NCBI GenBank assembly: GCA_040752815.1
Contig: JBFMGC010000001.1
Span: 16,449 to 80,448, forward strand
DNA length: 64,000 nucleotides
Reading direction: 5' to 3'
Source of the DNA: Candidatus Zixiibacteriota bacterium
GTDB lineage: Bacteria; Zixibacteria; MSB-5A5; GN15; FEB-12
The notes beneath the pieces are model-generated. The model had not been told where the DNA came from and made no database searches. It saw nothing but the letters and a program-made list of their open reading frames with translations. Positions within the stretch are counted from its first letter, which is position 1. Every line of letters starts with the position of its first letter. Below are positions 59,165 to 64,000 of the stretch, piece after piece. A program made the position numbers and the translations under genes.

Positions 59165-60987
59165 AGACCGCGATTATCGGCGGTGGCAAGGGGTGTGTGG
59201 CGATTCTCGATCTCGCCCGCGGGCCGTTTCTGCGCGAGCTGACAATCGATGTCATGTGTGTAGCCGATCTTGATCCAGACGCGGCCGGAATGCGGCGAGC
59301 GCGGGAGTTGGGCATTCCCACCAGCAGCGACCCGATGGCCGTGCTGGCTATGGACGGGCTCGAACTGGTGATCGAGCTTACTGGCCGGGACCGAGTGGTC
59401 GATGAAATTCTCGAGATTCTGCCGCCGGGGGTGCGGCTGATCGATCACACAATCGCCCACGTATTCTGGGATCTGGCTAAGGCCCAGCAGGAACAGGAGT
59501 GGCACCTTGTGGAGATCACTACGCTCGAAGAGAAGATCGAAACCGAGCGCCGCTTCCTGCAAAGCCTCTTTGACACGATTCCGGAACTGGTGGTCGTGTT
59601 CGACACTCACAAGAAGATCGTGCGTACCAATGCAGCGTTCCTGAAATTCGCCGGGCTGACATCCGATGCCATCATCGGGACATCGTGTCAGGACCTGCTG
59701 GCGGCCACGGAGCTGGCGGCCGCACGGCAGGAGATCGGGACGGTGATTGACGAGGTGCTTCGCACCGGTAAGGCGCGCACGCTAATATGGCAAACCGCTC
59801 ATCCTCGCGAAGCGTACTGGGAGGTGATCCACACCCCGATATTGGGGAAAAACGGCGTGCCGGAGGGGGCGGTCGGCACCTGGCACCGCATTACCGAAAA
59901 GATCATGCTGGTGCGCGAGATCGAACAGGCCGAGCAGCAGTTCAAGGCGTTTATCGATTCGGCTAACGACTGGATTTCCATCAAGAACCTCGAAGGACGA
60001 TACGTGATCGTGAACCCTGCTTGTGCGCACGCTTTCGGTCTCCAACCGCAGGATTTCACTGGCCGGAAACCGGAGGAGATCCTCTCACCCGAGGCTGCTG
60101 AAATCATACGCCGCCACGATGCCGATGTCATTGAGAACAGTCAGTACTATACCTATGACGAAGTATTCCATCTGGCCGGCGGTGACCGACACCTCCACAC
60201 CGTGCGCTTCCCGCTGACCGATTATCGCGGCGATGTCGCTGGCGTGTGCACAATCGCCCGCGACGTCACCGCCGAACGGGAGCTGAACGAACAGCTCGTT
60301 CAGGCGGCCAAGCTGGCCGCTGTGGGCAAGCTGGCCGCGGGAGTGGCCCATGAGATAAACAATCCGCTGACCGGGATACTGGCCTTCGCCGAGGATTTGC
60401 TGGCCGATCTGCCTGACATTCACCCCCATCGGCACGATTTGGGCGTTATCGCTCGGGAGACGATTCGCTGCCGCGAAATTGTGCGCAATCTTCTCGATTT
60501 CGCCCGCCTGGAAAACCTGGTCCTGGAGCGGCGTGATCCCAACCAGGTGGTGCGCGAGACTCTCGTCCTGATCCACAAGTTGCCGCAGTTCAGGAACATC
60601 AAGATAGTCACTGAGCTCGCGGATGTCCTCCCGCAGGTCGAGTGTGACCTCCCGCAGCTTCAGCAGGTACTGCTCAATCTTATGATGAACGCCGCAGAGG
60701 CCATGAACGGGCAGGGAACTATCGTACTACATACGGAATATGAATATACGGCGGAACGATGCCTCATATCGGTGCGTGACAAGGGGCCGGGCATTCCCGA
60801 TGAGCTCCATGCCCGCATATTTGAGCCGTTCTTCTCGACCAAGGGAACCAACGGCCTCGGCCTTGCTGTCAGTTGGGGCATTGTCGAACGGCATCGCGGA
60901 ACCATCGAAGTCGCCAACGCCCCGTCAGGCGGCGCCGTCTTCTTGATCCGCCTGCCAGTAGCAGGAGCCGGCCGCCGCGTCTCCTAA
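59161..60987 (+). CDS. Sensor histidine kinase: N-terminal Rossmann-like domain, two PAS domains, HisKA, HATPase
   Basis: H-box AAGVAHEINNPLTGI, N-box LLNLMMNAAEAM, G-boxes DKGPGIP and GLGLAVS. N-terminus MKTAIIGGGKGCVAILDL..VADLDPDAAGMRRARELGIPT. GTG start overlaps the upstream gene by 4 nt. Confidence 0.9.
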   Translation: MKTAIIGGGKGCVAILDLARGPFLRELTIDVMCVADLDPDAAGMRRARELGIPTSSDPMAVLAMDGLELVIELTGRDRVVDEILEILPPGVRLIDHTIAHVFWDLAKAQQEQEWHLVEITTLEEKIETERRFLQSLFDTIPELVVVFDTHKKIVRTNAAFLKFAGLTSDAIIGTSCQDLLAATELAAARQEIGTVIDEVLRTGKARTLIWQTAHPREAYWEVIHTPILGKNGVPEGAVGTWHRITEKIMLVREIEQAEQQFKAFIDSANDWISIKNLEGRYVIVNPACAHAFGLQPQDFTGRKPEEILSPEAAEIIRRHDADVIENSQYYTYDEVFHLAGGDRHLHTVRFPLTDYRGDVAGVCTIARDVTAERELNEQLVQAAKLAAVGKLAAGVAHEINNPLTGILAFAEDLLADLPDIHPHRHDLGVIARETIRCREIVRNLLDFARLENLVLERRDPNQVVRETLVLIHKLPQFRNIKIVTELADVLPQVECDLPQLQQVLLNLMMNAAEAMNGQGTIVLHTEYEYTAERCLISVRDKGPGIPDELHARIFEPFFSTKGTNGLGLAVSWGIVERHRGTIEVANAPSGGAVFLIRLPVAGAGRRVS

Positions 60988-61004
60988 CACCGGAGAGTGC
61001 TGTT

Positions 61005-61790
61005 ATGGATAAGCAACTCTGTATACTTACCATAGATGACGAGCAAATCGTGCTCGATAGTGTCCAGAAGCATCTTAAGCGCGAGAACTACGAACTGCTC
61101 TTTGCCCTCTCGGCTCGTGACGCGCTCGCCAAGCTGGACAAACAGTCTGTCGATATCGTCCTGACTGATCTGATGATGCCTGAGATCGACGGGCTTGAAT
61201 TCCTGGAGCTGATTAAGAAACGCTCGCCCCAAACCCCGGTGATCATGATCACCGGCTACGCGACCATCAGCTCCGCCCTGCAAGCCACCAACCTGGGCGC
61301 GTTCGATTATATCGCCAAGCCATTTACCAAGGCGGAGCTGCTTTCGGTAGTTAACCGCGCGGCGCAACTGGTCCGGGCGGCGCAGTCGCGTCCCGGGGAC
61401 CTCGAGTCGCAAAATCATCCCGACAACCCGCCAATTGCCGGCAAATCGGGCGAGCATGTCATCGGTGAGTACGGATGGAACTGCCTGCAGGACGACGGAA
61501 CAGTGGTCCTGGGCGTTGGGAAAAACTTCCTCGACGCCATCGGAAAGATTCAGAACATTTTCCTGCCGTCCAGAGGGGACGAGCTTCGCCAGGGAAGCGT
61601 GTACCTGCGAATCTTTTCGGCAGATCTGCGGTCCCATGTCGTCCTCTCCCCACTTTCGGGCACGGTTGCGGACGTGAACGAGAGGGTGACTTCGGAGTCA
61701 GAGACCGGGCCGCGCCTGAGCTCCGAGGACTGGCTGGTGCGGCTAAAACCGTCGAAATTCGAGCTCGAGGTTCGCGACCTGGGACTGTAG
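61005..61790 (+). CDS. Response regulator: receiver domain plus GcvH-like (glycine-cleavage H fold) C-terminal domain
   Basis: Receiver: IDDEQ, DIVLTDLMMPEIDG, VIMITGY, IAKPF. C-terminus GTVVLGVGKNFLDAIGKIQNIFLPSRGDELRQGSVYLRIFSADLRSHVVLSPLSGTVADVNERV aligns by eye to GcvH. GGAGAG lies before ATG 61005. Confidence 0.8.
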   Translation: MDKQLCILTIDDEQIVLDSVQKHLKRENYELLFALSARDALAKLDKQSVDIVLTDLMMPEIDGLEFLELIKKRSPQTPVIMITGYATISSALQATNLGAFDYIAKPFTKAELLSVVNRAAQLVRAAQSRPGDLESQNHPDNPPIAGKSGEHVIGEYGWNCLQDDGTVVLGVGKNFLDAIGKIQNIFLPSRGDELRQGSVYLRIFSADLRSHVVLSPLSGTVADVNERVTSESETGPRLSSEDWLVRLKPSKFELEVRDLGL

Positions 61791-62074
61791 ATAAATAGCA
61801 CTAACTGGCTCCAGCCCTGGATTATTGCCAGAGTGCAACCGATGGGGATATCATTAAGAAAGACAGTGAGTTATGGCTTAGCGTTTGTTTCGGAACGGCC
61901 GGGTAAGTGTACCCGAGATTGTGCAAAAAATCACTTGCAAAAGGACCGGAGTTTTCCGATATCATTATTGGCACCAGCCGTTCGACCGAGTAAGAAAGTG
62001 AAAGGCTGCCGAATTGAATTGATTACGATGTCGCCGCGGCCAAACGGCGGTCATCATTGGTGATGGTTGGTGAC

Positions 62075-64000
62075 ATGAAAGCACTTCGACAGATTCTCCT
62101 GGCAACCTGGTTACCGGCCACGGGACTACTGTTCAGCGCGGGGGTGTTACGGGCACAGGTTGAACCACCCGAGACCGCCAGCTGCCTCACCTGTCACGAT
62201 ACAGAGACATTGCGGGGGAAGGATCACGATCTGACGGCGCTGTTGGACGCCTCCGCACATGCTGGATTCGACTGCGTGGACTGCCATGCGGAGATCACGG
62301 AAATCCCCCATCAGGACTCGGTGCCGGCTGTAAATTGCGGCACCTGCCACACGACCGAGGCCGCGGTTTATGACCGTCACGGCCGCGTTCCGGTCGGTAC
62401 CGATCCCGACATCCCCGGTTGCGCCGGTTGTCACGGCAACCATGACATTCTTCCGTCCAGCGATCGTCACTCTCGGACCAGCGCGGAGAATCTGCCCAAT
62501 ACGTGCGGAAGCTGCCACGAGAATATCGACCTCACTACCAAGCACGAGATCCTCTACGGCGAGGCAATTGCCGCGTTCAAAAGCTCGGTACACGGCCGGG
62601 CCATAACGGGCGGGGTGCTGCTGGCGGCGTCGTGCAACGACTGCCACTCGGCCAACGGCTCCGCGCACAAGATTTACGCCCCCAACAATCCTCACTCCAC
62701 AATTAACCACTTTAACATCCCACGTACCTGCGGTAAGTGCCACTCAAGTGTGGAAGATGAGTTCTGGGAGGGAACACACGGAAAGCTGGTAGCCCGCGGC
62801 GAGGTGGACGCGCCGGTTTGCACCAACTGCCATGGCGAGCATGGGATCATTGCTACATCCGATCCGCGATCGCCGGTGAGCCCGACCCGTGTTGCCGAGG
62901 CCACCTGCTCCCCCTGTCATGAGTCGGCGCTTTTGAATGACAAGTACGGTATCCCTACCGGCCGCTTGCGTTCATGGTATGACAGTTACCACGGCTTGAA
63001 AAGCAAAGTCGGCGATGTGACGGTTGCCAACTGCGCCTCATGCCACGAGGCGCACATGGTACTCCCTCACACCGATCCGAGATCGTCGGTCTTTATCGAC
63101 AATCTCACGAAGACCTGCGGCTCGTGCCATCCGGGGATTTCCTCCGAGATCGCCAGCGTGCCGATCCATGGGGAGCCGGGGGTATCACATACTCCGGCGG
63201 CGAATGTCGTCAAGAATATATACATCGTGGCCATAATCCTGATAATAGGTCTAATGGTCATTCACTGGCTTATCGACCTGCGGAAGCAGATCAACCAGGT
63301 ACGCGGCCGGCCCAGCATACGGCGCATGACCACCAATGAGGTCGGCCAGCATTACCTGCTGATGTTCACGTTTATCGTGCTGGTGATCACGGGATTCTCG
63401 CTGCGATTCAAGGAATCCTGGTGGGTAGTCTGGCTGTTCGGCTGGGAGGGCGGGTTCCCACTGCGCGGGCTGATCCACCGGATCGCCGCGGCCCTGTTTA
63501 CCGGCGCGGTGATCTGGCACATCGTGTACCTGCTGACGCCGCGAGGACGGCAGTTCGTTGAGGACATGTGGCCAAATCTCCGCGACTTCGCCCAGTTTTT
63601 CAACATGATCTCCTTCAACCTAGGCCTGCGCAAGGATCGCCCGCAGTTCGGTCGGTTTTCCTATGTGGAGAAGGCTGAGTACTGGGCGCTGGTGTGGGGC
63701 GCAGCAGTGATGTTTCTGACCGGGTTCTTTCTCTGGTTCGAGGGACTTGCGGTAAGCTGGTTCCCCAAGGGCGCGCTGGATGTCATTCTCGTCATTCACT
63801 ATTATGAGGCGTGGCTGGCGACGCTGGCGATTCTGATCTGGCACATGTACTCGACCGTTTTTAGTCCTAGCGTCTACCCAATGAACCCGTCGTGGATTGA
63901 CGGCAAGATGCCGCTGGACATCTATCAACACGAGCACCCGGCCGACTCAGCCTTCGAGACCACCACCATCGCGACTGGATCGACCGACCGGCCCGATGAT
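62075..64000 (+). CDS. Multihaem c-type cytochrome (11 CxxCH) fused to a membrane b-type cytochrome domain (CbcL-like); 3' end off window
   Basis: Hand translation from ATG 62075 is open to 64000 (642 codons). It gives signal MKALRQILLATWLPATGLLFSAGVLRAQ and the motifs CLTCH, CVDCH, CGTCH, CAGCH, CGSCH, CNDCH, CGKCH, CTNCH, CSPCH, CASCH, CGSCH. TM helices follow with conserved His (HYLLMF, IHRIAAALF, IWHIVYL, IHYYEAW, IWHMYS). It is not in the ORF track because it has no stop in-window. Confidence 0.85.
   Translation, partial: MKALRQILLATWLPATGLLFSAGVLRAQVEPPETASCLTCHDTETLRGKDHDLTALLDASAHAGFDCVDCHAEITEIPHQDSVPAVNCGTCHTTEAAVYDRHGRVPVGTDPDIPGCAGCHGNHDILPSSDRHSRTSAENLPNTCGSCHENIDLTTKHEILYGEAIAAFKSSVHGRAITGGVLLAASCNDCHSANGSAHKIYAPNNPHSTINHFNIPRTCGKCHSSVEDEFWEGTHGKLVARGEVDAPVCTNCHGEHGIIATSDPRSPVSPTRVAEATCSPCHESALLNDKYGIPTGRLRSWYDSYHGLKSKVGDVTVANCASCHEAHMVLPHTDPRSSVFIDNLTKTCGSCHPGISSEIASVPIHGEPGVSHTPAANVVKNIYIVAIILIIGLMVIHWLIDLRKQINQVRGRPSIRRMTTNEVGQHYLLMFTFIVLVITGFSLRFKESWWVVWLFGWEGGFPLRGLIHRIAAALFTGAVIWHIVYLLTPRGRQFVEDMWPNLRDFAQFFNMISFNLGLRKDRPQFGRFSYVEKAEYWALVWGAAVMFLTGFFLWFEGLAVSWFPKGALDVILVIHYYEAWLATLAILIWHMYSTVFSPSVYPMNPSWIDGKMPLDIYQHEHPADSAFETTTIATGSTDRPDD

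Noticed and set aside
61969-61985. Sigma54-type promoter (TGGCAC-N5-TTGC) upstream of the multihaem cytochrome gene.
   Set aside because: The sequence is TGGCACCAGCCGTTCGA. The -12 element is TTCG, not TTGC, and the GG-N10-GC spacing is not met. The adjacent response regulator also has no AAA+ sigma54-activator domain.

Overview
GC-rich, densely coding bacterial chromosomal segment with about 60 genes and no rRNA, CRISPR array or prophage. A T9SS C-terminal sorting domain, SOR/rubredoxin/erythrin oxygen defence and a multihaem cytochrome suggest an uncultivated FCB-type anaerobe or microaerophile (inference only).

Gene content in order:
- Partial TolC-like gene fused to a substrate-binding-like domain, divergent from a heterodimeric ABC exporter pair that is preceded by a leader-peptide/terminator attenuator.
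- A long minus-strand array: ECF sigma, DUF4097, bactofilin-like membrane protein, toastrack, HtrA, degenerate HtrA, cohesin-like T9SS protein, tandem kinase-pseudokinase, secreted TSP3 protein.
- SOD and a GT4 glycosyltransferase.
- Two large secreted proteins (FG-GAP; S8 protease).
- PerR-led oxygen-defence island: three erythrins, desulfoferrodoxin, ferritin, HEAT protein, FNR, rubredoxin, ZIP transporter.
- Four-gene 2-oxoacid dehydrogenase operon.
- Frameshifted REP-associated transposase flanked by REP hairpins.
- rlmI, an outer-membrane barrel protein, lipB, FabL-like SDR, MFS transporter, tRNA-Gln.
- Sugar-phosphate cluster (rpe-pgi-tkt-ybjQ-glk-TPK).
- queG, rocD, DMT transporter, M64 peptidase, homocysteine methyltransferase.
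- Kinase-like protein / histidine kinase / response regulator operon.
- Partial 11-haem c plus b-type cytochrome fusion.

Most notable: an ~80-aa, four-cysteine, dockerin-like C-terminal module recurs on four secreted multidomain proteins. A paralogous cohesin-like domain sits on a protein carrying a T9SS sorting tail. Together these form a candidate non-cellulosomal cohesin-dockerin surface-display system. Several hairpin-repeat families populate the intergenic regions. All calls come from reading the ORF translations and DNA by eye; no searches were run.
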